NCBI GenBank assembly: GCA_041288045.1
Contig: JBGGMM010000149.1
Location: 1 to 51,577, forward strand
DNA from: Pseudobdellovibrionaceae bacterium
Lineage (GTDB): Bacteria > Bdellovibrionota > Bdellovibrionia > Bdellovibrionales > Bdellovibrionaceae
Direction of reading: 5' to 3'
DNA length: 51,577 bases
Shown here one piece after another: positions 1 to 8,483 of this stretch (the stretch's first letter is position 1; each line of letters opens with the position of its first letter). The notes beneath the pieces are model-generated. The model searched no databases, had not been told where the DNA came from, and saw nothing but the letters and a program-made list of their open reading frames with translations. Made by a program: the position numbers and the translations under genes.

Positions 1-261
1 TTGCAAATTACAAAGTTGGGTTACATTGATTGAAAGTGAACGAATTTTTGGAGTTTGCGATTGGCCAATTGAATTTTCATAGGTTTCCAAATCCCAATCT
101 TTCATTTGGTTGGCAGCCTCTTGGTCAAAATTTTGATCAACTATTGTTTGCCAAAGTTCCTCAGAAATTTCAGCAATTTCAAGATTACTGGCGTGAAAAC
201 CAATGATTGGCCCGGCCTTTGATTTAAATCCTAAAATGTTGTTGAATCGTCTTACTTCCAT
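1..261 (-). CDS. Radical SAM protein, 5' portion only (runs off the window edge), probably SPASM/anSME-like
   Basis: Manual translation from ATG at 261 gives an open frame to base 1: MEVRRFNNILGFKSKAGPIIGFHASNLEIAEISEELWQ...PKIRSLSINVTQLCNLQ. The end matches the start of a CxxxCxxC motif (INVTxxCNLxC). Only the first Cys lies inside the window. Confidence 0.75.
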   Translation of the reverse strand, partial: MEVRRFNNILGFKSKAGPIIGFHASNLEIAEISEELWQTIVDQNFDQEAANQMKDWDLETYENSIGQSQTPKIRSLSINVTQLCNLQ

Positions 262-441
262 ATTGATACCACTGGTTAACCAACACCCACACTGCAAAAA
301 GTCGGCCTGGTGTCAGACTGAACTTCCCACAAAAAATACAACTTCCCAAGACGTATTGGGAACAAAACTGGCGACTCACAAAGAGATAGATAAAATGAAT
401 ACTATATTGAATCGAGATTTCGACTGCCACATAGCCATTGA

Positions 442-659
442 CTCTCTTCTAAATGCGCAAATTTGAAGCTCTTTTATCACGTCGAAAAATTTCTCAATAG
501 CGTCATCAAAAAATCTTTTCCAAACAAAGAATTCTTTCCACGCTCGTCGAAAAGATTGACGGTCTTTGGGAGGGGTGAGGACTGTGGCCTCGGTCTGGGC
601 TTCGGTCGAGAGGGTTTTTTGAGAGGGGGGCACGACCTCCAGCTGGATTTAGAAGAGAG
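442..659. repeat. 13-bp perfect inverted repeat enclosing a 218-bp intergenic segment
   Basis: CTCTCTTCTAAAT at 442-454 and ATTTAGAAGAGAG at 647-659. Confidence 0.6.
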
Positions 660-706
660 GGTGAAAATTTTTTGCAGGACTTTGAAAACCCAGTCATTCT
701 GATTCT

Positions 707-1696
707 ATGTCTTTAAAGGTGAAATATTGGGGAGTACGTGGATCGCTTCCGACTGCGCCCATGCCAGAGCAGTGGTCGAAGCATTTTGAATCCCTGATGC
801 AGCAGTTCTTCAAATCGGGTTACAAAGACGCAACAGAAATCAAAGAATTTTTGGCGAGCAAACCGCTTTCGGAAATTGGTGGTTTTGGAACTGCTACCAC
901 TTGCATCGAAGTGCAATCTCCCCGACAGCAAATCATCATTGACGGTGGCAGTGGGCTACGCACTCTCAGCGAAGAAATGATCAAAGGCAATGCCGGCAAA
1001 GGCAAAGCTGAAATCCATATCTTTCTCACGCACTTTCATTGGGACCATATGCTAGGAATCCCTTTCTTCGTGCCCAATTTCATCAAAGGCAACCACATCC
1101 ATTTCTATGCAGTACAGCCTGAGCTGAAAGACATGGTGAAAGTAAAATTCACCAAGCCCATGTTTCCGGTGTCTTTTGAAAATTTGCCTTCGAATCTGCA
1201 CTTTCACCAGCTCGAGCCTAGAAAATCAATCAAGCTTCAGGATATGACGATCACTCCTTACCAATTGGATCACCCAGATCCTTGCTGGGGTTTTCGTATC
1301 GAATCCCACGGGAAAGTCTACGCTCACTGCGTGGACACCGAAGGGACAAGAACCACTCGCGAAGCTTTGGGTGAGGATCTGCCGCTTTATCAGGGTGTTG
1401 ATCTCATGTACTTCGATGCTCAGTACACTTTGCCAGAATTAGCGGAAAAAGCGAACTGGGGCCACAGTGCTGCGCAATTGGGTCTCGACATTGCCTTTCG
1501 CGAGGGAATTCGCAATGTGATCTTTGCGCACCACGATCCGGGCGCCAACACCGATCAAATCCTAGAAATTCGCGATCAAACTCAAGAGTATTACGACTGG
1601 AAAATCAAAACCTCAGGAGCGAATAACATCAAGCTGCCAAGCGTGAAATGGCAATACGCTCACGAGGGACTGGTCGTCGACCTCGACGACATCTAA
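707..1696 (+). CDS. MBL-fold metallo-hydrolase
   Basis: WGVRGS N-terminus, IIDGGSG, THFHWDH (HxHxDH), later HP, DAQY, WGHS and HHDP motifs. Confidence 0.9.
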   Translation: MSLKVKYWGVRGSLPTAPMPEQWSKHFESLMQQFFKSGYKDATEIKEFLASKPLSEIGGFGTATTCIEVQSPRQQIIIDGGSGLRTLSEEMIKGNAGKGKAEIHIFLTHFHWDHMLGIPFFVPNFIKGNHIHFYAVQPELKDMVKVKFTKPMFPVSFENLPSNLHFHQLEPRKSIKLQDMTITPYQLDHPDPCWGFRIESHGKVYAHCVDTEGTRTTREALGEDLPLYQGVDLMYFDAQYTLPELAEKANWGHSAAQLGLDIAFREGIRNVIFAHHDPGANTDQILEIRDQTQEYYDWKIKTSGANNIKLPSVKWQYAHEGLVVDLDDI

Positions 1697-1697
1697 G

Positions 1698-3959
1698 TTA
1701 ATCTTTAAAGATCAAATCCATTTCCACAGAGCCCGTTTCGGGTTCTTCCACTTGAACATTTTTATGCTCTGTCTTTTCAGGCCAAGGAAAATCCTGAGTG
1801 GAATTTTGTGGTGTCACCTTCTTCATGAATTGAATCCAAAGCGGAACAGCGCCACTGGCTCCCGTCAGCCCATGCGCGGTGGGATTGTCATATCCGACCC
1901 ATACCACTGTGGTTTGATTGGCCGTAAAGCCGGCGAACCAAGCGTCTTTATTATCCGAAGTCGTTCCCGTTTTTCCAGCGGCTGGAGTCGCAAACCCCGA
2001 CAACGAAATCGCTCTTGCAGTTCCAGAAAGTGTCGTCTGCTTCATCATCCCCACAAGCACCGCTACATCCTCGGCGGGCAGAGCTTGCTCGGATTGGACT
2101 TCGCGAAGATAAATTTTCTGGCCTTTGAGATCAGTGATGCCTCGAAGAGTTGAGAGCTGAATGTGATTTCCCATTCTTGCCAAAGAGGTATAGGACTCGA
2201 GCACTTCAATCGGATAAAGCTCAAATGATCCCAACAGAGCCGATGGCACAGGCTTGAATTCCGACTGAATTCCCAATGCTTTCGCAGTGTCGATCACTTT
2301 CGGAACTCCGACCTCGAGTCCTAAGCTGACAGTGGCCGCATTCAAACTGTTTTTCAAAGCAAAAACCATGGGAACCTGCCCATAGTATTTCTTGCCGTAA
2401 TTTTCTGGAGTCCAAGTCTGTCCTTCGTATTTGTGAGAAAAGCGCTCATCATTGAGAATTGTCATCGGATCATAGATTTTTTTATCCTCATCCGAATTCA
2501 ACAATGCCGTTAGATACACGAATGGCTTCATGATCGATCCGATTTGGCGATGGCCATCGACAGCTCGATTGAATTGAGTCAGTTTGTAACTTCGGCCTCC
2601 GACAATCGCAGAAATCAATCCCGTGTCGTTATGAGCTGATAGCAAAGCTCCTTCCAGAGTCAGGCCTTTTTCTTTCAAAGCTTTGATTTTTGCATTTTTC
2701 ACTTCTAGATCGCTCAGCGAATTGCGAACTGCCTCTTGTGCTGCTTGCTGCTCTTTCAGCGAAAGACCTGTGAAAATCTTCAGACCCATCAGATCCAAGC
2801 CCATGTCTTCAACTTCTTTGCTAACAGCATTGAGATAATAAGGCGCCGTCTCTGTGACAGTGATTCGCTTTTCAAAGGGCAAAGGCACTTGTTTGGCTTG
2901 GTCGGCCTCTTCCTTGGAAATCATTTGCAAATCAGTCATTCGATCCAAAACCAAGGATCGGCGTTTCAAAGCATTTTCCTGTTTGCGAAAGGGATCAAAA
3001 AGTCCCGGGCTATTCAGAATCGCCGCCATGAGTGAGCACTGGGGAAGGTCCAATTGCTCCAATGGTTTGTTGAAGTAATACTGAGAGGCGGCCCCATAAC
3101 CACGGACTTGAAAGGGTCCGTTCTGTCCCAGATAAATCACATTCAGATAAGTCTCAAGAATTTCATCTTTGCTCGAATGAGCTTCCAAAAGCACCGACAT
3201 CGCAAGCTCAGTCAATTTTCGCTTTAAAGTCTTTTCGGAAGTGAGAAAATAATTTTTCACCAGCTGTTGGGTGATTGTGCTTCCGCCTTGCCGAAAGCGA
3301 CCACCAAAGACATTGGCAACAAAAGCTCGCGCCAGGCCAGTGAAAGAAAATCCTGAGTGCTCGAGAAATTTTGAATCCTCAATGGCCAAAACCGCATTCA
3401 AGCAAACTGTCGGAATTTCCCCCAAGGCTTTATAGCTTTGCATGATCGGCTGGCCATCCAGGTACTGTGCGACCAATTCTGGCTCCAAAGAAATTTTTGC
3501 TGAAGTTTGCAGCGGATTTCCTTGAAAGGTGGCCACCAATTTATCCTCTGAGTCAAAAACGGCCATTTGCAGTGGAAACTGAGCCAATTCGGGATCAGAG
3601 GTCTCTTTCACTGAAAAAAGCAGACAGGTCTGACTGGGCGCCGAAAATTCCGCTGGCAGGGATCCGCGACAATTTTCAATCGAATTTTCAGAATAATCCC
3701 CTGGGAAAAGCTTTTGTTCCCAATCTCTTTGTCGATACTGACGAGTCGCGAGAATTTTTTTAAAATCCTCCCGAAGCAAAGAGGAATCCACAGAAAAATC
3801 CAAAGTCGCCGAATAGTACTCGGTCGGAGGCAGAAAGCGCTTTTGTGCGAGGCCTTCTTGAATGCGTTGATTGAAGCGATAAAGCAGTGCTGATCCCACC
3901 GCGATGACAAGGCAGGACAAGATTGCGAGAGCCCAGAGGAAAGGTTTGAGTTTCTTCAT
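1698..3959 (-). CDS. mrcB: Class A penicillin-binding protein (PBP1B-like transglycosylase/transpeptidase)
   Basis: Transglycosylase motifs EDSKF.EH.G, GGSTITQQLVKN, RKLTE, YLNVIYLG. Transpeptidase motifs GSIMKP, SLN, KTGT. Start moved to ATG 3959 (MKKLKPFLWALAIL, membrane anchor) to avoid overlap with the divergent gene. Confidence 0.9.
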   Translation of the reverse strand: MKKLKPFLWALAILSCLVIAVGSALLYRFNQRIQEGLAQKRFLPPTEYYSATLDFSVDSSLLREDFKKILATRQYRQRDWEQKLFPGDYSENSIENCRGSLPAEFSAPSQTCLLFSVKETSDPELAQFPLQMAVFDSEDKLVATFQGNPLQTSAKISLEPELVAQYLDGQPIMQSYKALGEIPTVCLNAVLAIEDSKFLEHSGFSFTGLARAFVANVFGGRFRQGGSTITQQLVKNYFLTSEKTLKRKLTELAMSVLLEAHSSKDEILETYLNVIYLGQNGPFQVRGYGAASQYYFNKPLEQLDLPQCSLMAAILNSPGLFDPFRKQENALKRRSLVLDRMTDLQMISKEEADQAKQVPLPFEKRITVTETAPYYLNAVSKEVEDMGLDLMGLKIFTGLSLKEQQAAQEAVRNSLSDLEVKNAKIKALKEKGLTLEGALLSAHNDTGLISAIVGGRSYKLTQFNRAVDGHRQIGSIMKPFVYLTALLNSDEDKKIYDPMTILNDERFSHKYEGQTWTPENYGKKYYGQVPMVFALKNSLNAATVSLGLEVGVPKVIDTAKALGIQSEFKPVPSALLGSFELYPIEVLESYTSLARMGNHIQLSTLRGITDLKGQKIYLREVQSEQALPAEDVAVLVGMMKQTTLSGTARAISLSGFATPAAGKTGTTSDNKDAWFAGFTANQTTVVWVGYDNPTAHGLTGASGAVPLWIQFMKKVTPQNSTQDFPWPEKTEHKNVQVEEPETGSVEMDLIFKD

Positions 3960-4002
3960 CAGTGGCTTGACTTTACGGGGGTGGAAGCAAATAGTCAAAG
4001 CC

Positions 4003-4281
4003 ATGAAATTGACTCCTTTGCAAATGCAAAAACTGGTCGAAAAAGTTTTCGAGCAATGGAAGAAAAATAACGTCATCATTTTCAAAGAAGATGAAAAAAA
4101 AGCCTTCGCTCGAGCGGTTGAGGCCGTGAAGGCCGACTATCAAGCCGAAGCCGATCTTGAAGGCGAAGTGAACAAAATGCTGGATCAGTTAGAGCGCACC
4201 AATTCTGGAGAATTTCAGCGCTACAAAATGTATCCCATCCTCAAACAAAAATTGGCGAAAGAAAGGAAGATCGTTCTGTGA
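4003..4281 (+). CDS. DUF507 family protein
   Basis: MKLT...E.EV..ML...KQKLAKERKIVL pattern; tandem with a paralog; start moved to ATG 4003. Confidence 0.7.
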   Translation: MKLTPLQMQKLVEKVFEQWKKNNVIIFKEDEKKAFARAVEAVKADYQAEADLEGEVNKMLDQLERTNSGEFQRYKMYPILKQKLAKERKIVL

Positions 4282-4553
4282 TCATTTCTGAAGATCGCCA
4301 GTCCCATCTTGCCCACAAAATCACCGACTCCATTTGGAACGATGATCTTGTCGATTACACCGATGAGGATTTGGCTTTGCGGTTAGCAAAAAAAGCAATT
4401 ATTGAATTCGTCAAAGAAGACCAAGAAGTCGATCAAAGAGCCCGCGACAAAGTGGCTTCCCTGAAAAGGGGAGTGGTCGAGGGCAGCCCTGAGTGGGACA
4501 TTCTCTATCGAAAGTATTATGAAGAAGAAAGAGGCAAGCGTGGCAAAGGCTAA
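4278..4553 (+). CDS. DUF507 family protein (second of pair)
   Basis: ISEDRQSHLAH...EGSPEWDILYRKYYEEE; GTGA overlap with the upstream gene. Confidence 0.7.
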   Translation: MIISEDRQSHLAHKITDSIWNDDLVDYTDEDLALRLAKKAIIEFVKEDQEVDQRARDKVASLKRGVVEGSPEWDILYRKYYEEERGKRGKG

Positions 4554-4980
4554 AAAGAAAAAAGCGGCACCCGCCAAGAAAGCCACAGTCAAAAAAAGCA
4601 AAGCTCCGGCTGTAAAAAAAGCCAAAGCAAAGCCTCAAGTAAAAGCAAAACAAAAACCAGCAAGCGTCATTGACTGGCATGACTTCCTCACGCCATTGGA
4701 TGATCGACTGATCGTTGAAACAGCTTCTGACGAACGAATCACAGCTGGCGGACTTTACATCCCAGACACAGTCGCTGATCTTTCAGGAAACTTCAAAGGT
4801 CGAGTTCTCATCGCTGGCCGGGGACATCGTGATGAAAAAGGTCGCTTGCGTCCCATGGACGTGAAAACTGGCGACACTGTGCTTTTTGCTGAGTACTCGG
4901 GTTCAAAATTAGAATTGCTTGGCAAAGAAGTACGCATTTTACGTGAATCTGAAATTTTAGGAATTGTTGATAAAAGGTAA
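4540..4980 (+). CDS. groES: Co-chaperonin GroES with Lys/Ala-rich N-terminal extension (GroES2-type)
   Basis: PLDDRLIV, TAGGLYIPD, GRG, VKTGDTVLF.EYSG, ILRESEILG. Likely GTG start at 4540 after GAGG (alternative ATG 4519). Confidence 0.9.
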   Translation: MAKAKKKKAAPAKKATVKKSKAPAVKKAKAKPQVKAKQKPASVIDWHDFLTPLDDRLIVETASDERITAGGLYIPDTVADLSGNFKGRVLIAGRGHRDEKGRLRPMDVKTGDTVLFAEYSGSKLELLGKEVRILRESEILGIVDKR

Positions 4981-4989
4981 GGATTGAAA

Positions 4990-6474
4990 ATGATGAAATC
5001 TGTTTTGAAAACTGTTGTTTGTCAGACGGCTTTGCTGGGGCTGACTTTGGGATCTGCTCTTTCAGCTCAAGCTCTTTCCATCGACTGGTCAGGAACATAT
5101 CGTTTTGAATACACCGAAGTGGATAAAACTTCTTTGGATGATCCAAGCTTGAGAAAAGCTTACTTTTTGAATCATTTAAGCCTCAGTCCAAAAATCATTG
5201 CCGCTGATGGCGTGAACATTGTCGGTAAATTTGAAATCCTTCCCAACGACCAGTATCCAGATTCGCAAGCTGGACAGCCTTTTGGCCGAGGACCGACTAA
5301 GGCAGGAACAACAAGCTCAACCAAAGATGACAGTGCAGTTGCTGGTGACAAACAGGGATCATCGACTTTGAAAGTGCAGCAGCTCTATCTGACTGTGAAT
5401 CAAGAGTATGGAATGTTGGTTGCTGGCCGAGCTCCTTTGGATTTTGGTTTGGGAATCAGCCACAGTGCCGGTAATGGAGCTTTTGATCACTGGTATTCAA
5501 CCAGAGACATGGTCGGTTACAAATTTTTGATCGGGAATTTCTCTTTCATGCCGATCATGGGCAAAGTTTATGACCAATCCGTTTCACAAGGTGAAGAAGC
5601 TCAGGATGTTATTTGGCATGTGGATTACACAAATCCCGAAACTGAATCTTCCATCGGAGTCATGCACCAGTCACGAACCGCAAGCCCCGAAGCCAACGAC
5701 GCTCCAGCTTCACAGTACAGCAGCACAGGCGTAGTGGCGGGTCGATGGAACACTCAGCTCATCAGCATTTATCTGGCTCGCGGTTTTGAAGACGTCAAAT
5801 TCAAAGTCGAAGCTGGATTTGAGTCGGGCTCAACCGGAGTGCAAGTCGGCAACACCAACACAGAAGAAATTTCTTTGAACGGCTATGGAATTGCTGTCGA
5901 GCTGGATTTCCCAAATCCACAAAGCCGATGGCACTGGAATTTGAAAACAGGGATCGCCAGCGGCGACAACCCAACCACAACCAATTACGAAGGATTCCAT
6001 TTCCATCGCAATTACGACGTGGCCTTTTTGCTCTTCAATCATCCCTTGGGAAGATATGACATCATGAGATCCTATGCTCAACGTGGGCCGGATCGCACAA
6101 ACTGTGTGACAGCACCTTGTGCACCTTACTCGACAGACACAGCTCTTGATGATGAATCGATCAGCAATGCGCTTTACGTCTCTCCAAAAGCTGTCTACAA
6201 TATCAATGACAAGTGGGATTGGACGAATCGAATCACCTGGGCTCAACTGCAGACCAACCCCTTGGCGAATTCAAACGATGCTCTGAACGTCGATGTGGCG
6301 AAGGATCTTGGGTTTGAATGGGACACTGGCGTTGTTTTTCGCCCTCATGAAAGAATTCAGTGGGTGAATGAATTGGGCCTTTTGTTTCCGGGTGCTGCGT
6401 GGAAAGCAGGCAGCCGAGATTACGGAAACAGTTTTACTTACGGATTTAGTTCGAAAGCCGCCATCAGTTTTTGA
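4990..6474 (+). CDS. Outer-membrane beta-barrel protein (porin/alginate-export-like), function unknown
   Basis: Signal peptide (AQA), amphipathic aromatic-rich beta strands, DLGFEWD strand, C-terminal Phe (AAISF). Confidence 0.75.
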   Translation: MMKSVLKTVVCQTALLGLTLGSALSAQALSIDWSGTYRFEYTEVDKTSLDDPSLRKAYFLNHLSLSPKIIAADGVNIVGKFEILPNDQYPDSQAGQPFGRGPTKAGTTSSTKDDSAVAGDKQGSSTLKVQQLYLTVNQEYGMLVAGRAPLDFGLGISHSAGNGAFDHWYSTRDMVGYKFLIGNFSFMPIMGKVYDQSVSQGEEAQDVIWHVDYTNPETESSIGVMHQSRTASPEANDAPASQYSSTGVVAGRWNTQLISIYLARGFEDVKFKVEAGFESGSTGVQVGNTNTEEISLNGYGIAVELDFPNPQSRWHWNLKTGIASGDNPTTTNYEGFHFHRNYDVAFLLFNHPLGRYDIMRSYAQRGPDRTNCVTAPCAPYSTDTALDDESISNALYVSPKAVYNINDKWDWTNRITWAQLQTNPLANSNDALNVDVAKDLGFEWDTGVVFRPHERIQWVNELGLLFPGAAWKAGSRDYGNSFTYGFSSKAAISF

Positions 6475-6565
6475 TTCAACTTGAGAGTGCATCCAGTCCG
6501 ACAGCTTGAAGACATCTCGAATCCATCATGATTTCAGGTTAACCCCTGAGTGGCGGTGAGCAGGG

Positions 6566-6596
6566 CCCGGGGGCCGCAAGGCCTCCGGGATTTTGT
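6566..6596 (+). terminator. GC-rich hairpin with GCAA tetraloop, probable terminator of the barrel gene
   Basis: CCCGGGGGCC-GCAA-GGCCTCCGGG (10 bp including one G-U) followed by ATTTTGT; the U-tract is weak. Confidence 0.55.
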
Positions 6597-6599
6597 AGA

Positions 6600-6738
6600 G
6601 GGTGCCTTTCTCTTTTTCCTTCACGCGGCGCATCAAGTATCTGCAATCTTTGAAATTATTCTTTTAATTGCAAATCACTGTTTCAGTCGAAGCACTGAGT
6701 TTTTGCGCACTGGGTGAAGGAAAAAGAGAAAGGCACCC
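6600..6738. repeat. 139-bp element bounded by perfect 25-bp inverted repeats (MITE-like or structured RNA)
   Basis: GGGTGCCTTTCTCTTTTTCCTTCAC at 6600-6624 and its exact reverse complement at 6714-6738. Confidence 0.8.
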
Positions 6739-6763
6739 AAAAAACAAGCCCTTCCTGGGCTTG
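6739..6763 (-). terminator. Intrinsic terminator for the 6812-8269 gene
   Basis: On the minus strand: CAAGCCC-AGGAA-GGGCTTG followed by TTTTTT. Confidence 0.75.
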
Positions 6764-6811
6764 CGGAGGACACTTTTTAATTTTTTGAAATGCAGATTTA
6801 TAAATTAGAAA

Positions 6812-8269
6812 TTAGTAACCGCGGCCGACTCGACCTTGTCTTTGAGAATTTCCGACAGGGCGATTTCCGTTGAGAAGATAATCAAATGAATTCACTGAAT
6901 TTGATGAGTTCAATCCTTGGATGGGAAGGCCAATGTGCTGCAGGCCAGATCCCCGAGATCCACGACCGAAGATCAAGGATTCCGGCATACCAGCCAATCG
7001 GTTGGTATTCAGATTATCGTATGAAAGTGTGGAATCTCCACCAAGTGATGGGATCTGAGTGTTGAGTAAAGTGTCCAAAGATCCATTCGTTTGATTGTTC
7101 ATCATTGCTGCCTGTCTGAGCGAATTCAAAAGACCACTGACCGGTGAATACATCATGCGATCCAACGAAGTGACCAGTGCAGATCTTTGTGTCGCTGTCC
7201 CCTGCATGCCTTGAATAGCGTCTAGTAGGCTGGAGTTGGCATCATTCAAAAGATTGAACTGATTTGTCATCGGTGACATGTAGGGATTCATGGGATTGAT
7301 ACCCAATCCATTCAAACCAGCAAGCTGCTTTCGAATGTTCTGTTCATCATGACCGCGAATGGCGAGAGCTTGTGAATTTCTCAACTGAGCTGAAAAGCTT
7401 CCAGCACGAAGTTTAATCAGACGTTGAACAACAGTCTTACCATTGCCAGCGCGGAGACCCTTGGTGATTTCTTCACTCAGATCTTGAGCCTGTTCGAGGC
7501 TATCTGAGTCTTTGCAGCCGACTCGACCGAAATCCAATGGATAGACTTGCGTCCCCAAACACTCTTCTGCCGACATTTCCTTAATAGTCGTTCCATGAAG
7601 ACCATTTTTGATTTCGCTTTCCAAATGCGTACTGAAATACTCAGTTACCAAATCTTCGCCTTCAGTATCGTTTTTCACAAATTTCGAAAGAGCAATCAGT
7701 TGATTCTTGTGGCAAGTGAGCAAAGCAGTATCCTTTTTGTTATCGCATTTTTCTGCCCATTTCGCTAAATCCACTTCAGTGGCTGAACCTGGCTTTGTTG
7801 ATTTTTTTGGATCATCTGTTGCTGTGGTCTCTGCGGCGGTCAATTTGGCGACGATTTCCTGAACCAGGGTGGCTCCATCTCGGATATCATTTGTGCTTAA
7901 CTGGATTTTTTGATTCTGATCAGCCCAACGGCAAGGTTGAGCTTCAGTTTCTCGATGTACATCTCCAGTCAGTTTTTTGTCTTCATTCATCGTGACAGTC
8001 ACTCGGCAAATGTCTTTACCGATCATCAATCGTTTAAAAACTCTCGCATTGAGGGCCTCTTCTTCACCAGGGGCTGCCGTGGCTGATTTCGCTGGCGTCG
8101 TTGGAACGGCCTCTTGAGCGAATTCGAACATTCGCATAGGGCCTTCGTTGCGGGCGATGTTGTTGAAATGATCTGGATTCATACTGAGAGAAAAGCCGAG
8201 CGATCCAGCCAAGAGGACGAAGAGTCCCCATTTTTGAAGTCGCGCCGACTCTGGGTTTGTTGGTTTCAT
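6812..8269 (-). CDS. Exported or membrane-anchored hypothetical protein
   Basis: Long ORF. ATG 8269 is preceded by GGAGG. N-terminal hydrophobic segment (WGLFVLLAGSLGFSLS), six Cys, Asn/Gly/Ser-rich tail. Confidence 0.75.
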   Translation of the reverse strand: MKPTNPESARLQKWGLFVLLAGSLGFSLSMNPDHFNNIARNEGPMRMFEFAQEAVPTTPAKSATAAPGEEEALNARVFKRLMIGKDICRVTVTMNEDKKLTGDVHRETEAQPCRWADQNQKIQLSTNDIRDGATLVQEIVAKLTAAETTATDDPKKSTKPGSATEVDLAKWAEKCDNKKDTALLTCHKNQLIALSKFVKNDTEGEDLVTEYFSTHLESEIKNGLHGTTIKEMSAEECLGTQVYPLDFGRVGCKDSDSLEQAQDLSEEITKGLRAGNGKTVVQRLIKLRAGSFSAQLRNSQALAIRGHDEQNIRKQLAGLNGLGINPMNPYMSPMTNQFNLLNDANSSLLDAIQGMQGTATQRSALVTSLDRMMYSPVSGLLNSLRQAAMMNNQTNGSLDTLLNTQIPSLGGDSTLSYDNLNTNRLAGMPESLIFGRGSRGSGLQHIGLPIQGLNSSNSVNSFDYLLNGNRPVGNSQRQGRVGRGY

Positions 8270-8324
8270 ATATCCTCCTGGGAACGGGCCTCCGGCCCTA
8301 ATAGTTTTGTTCAATTGGAGATAG

Positions 8325-8340
8325 TTCAAGACTGGGGCCA
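8325..8340 (-). promoter_or_regulatory. Sigma54-like -24/-12 promoter (variant) for the 6812-8269 gene
   Basis: Minus strand TGGCCC-N5-TTGAA versus consensus TGGCAC-N5-TTGCW; correct spacing, about 55 bp above the ATG. Confidence 0.45.
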
Positions 8341-8483
8341 CTGGGCATGGCACGCGCCGAGGTTGAGTAAGTCTTTGACAGCACTCTGGATTCTCATCTT
8401 GAGACAAAGGTTCAAAAGTTCGACAAGTGGTAAATTGTTTGGCTCTTGTCAAAAGCCTTCGTTCAAGCTATTCGAAATCAGCT

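Noticed and set aside
203..702. Short ORFs upstream of the radical SAM gene as possible RiPP precursors
   Set aside because: They overlap each other on both strands and show no clear leader/core pattern or strong RBS.
3904..4085. Apparent head-to-head overlap of the PBP and DUF507 ORFs (likewise 8427-8452)
   Set aside because: It is an artefact of longest-ORF start calls; better starts at 3959/4003 and 8269/8484 remove the overlaps.
6560..6595. GGGCCGCAAGGCCTCCGG resembles part of the c-di-GMP-I riboswitch (GGGACGCAAAGCCTCCGG)
   Set aside because: The upstream GCAAACC...GAAA P2 arm is absent, the sequence is fully explained by a simple GNRA hairpin, and it lies 3' of a gene.
6600..6738. Retron msr-msd interpretation of the inverted-repeat element
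   Set aside because: There is no reverse transcriptase in the window.
8348..8363. TGGCAC on the plus strand upstream of the KamA-family gene
   Set aside because: There is no TTGC at the -12 position.
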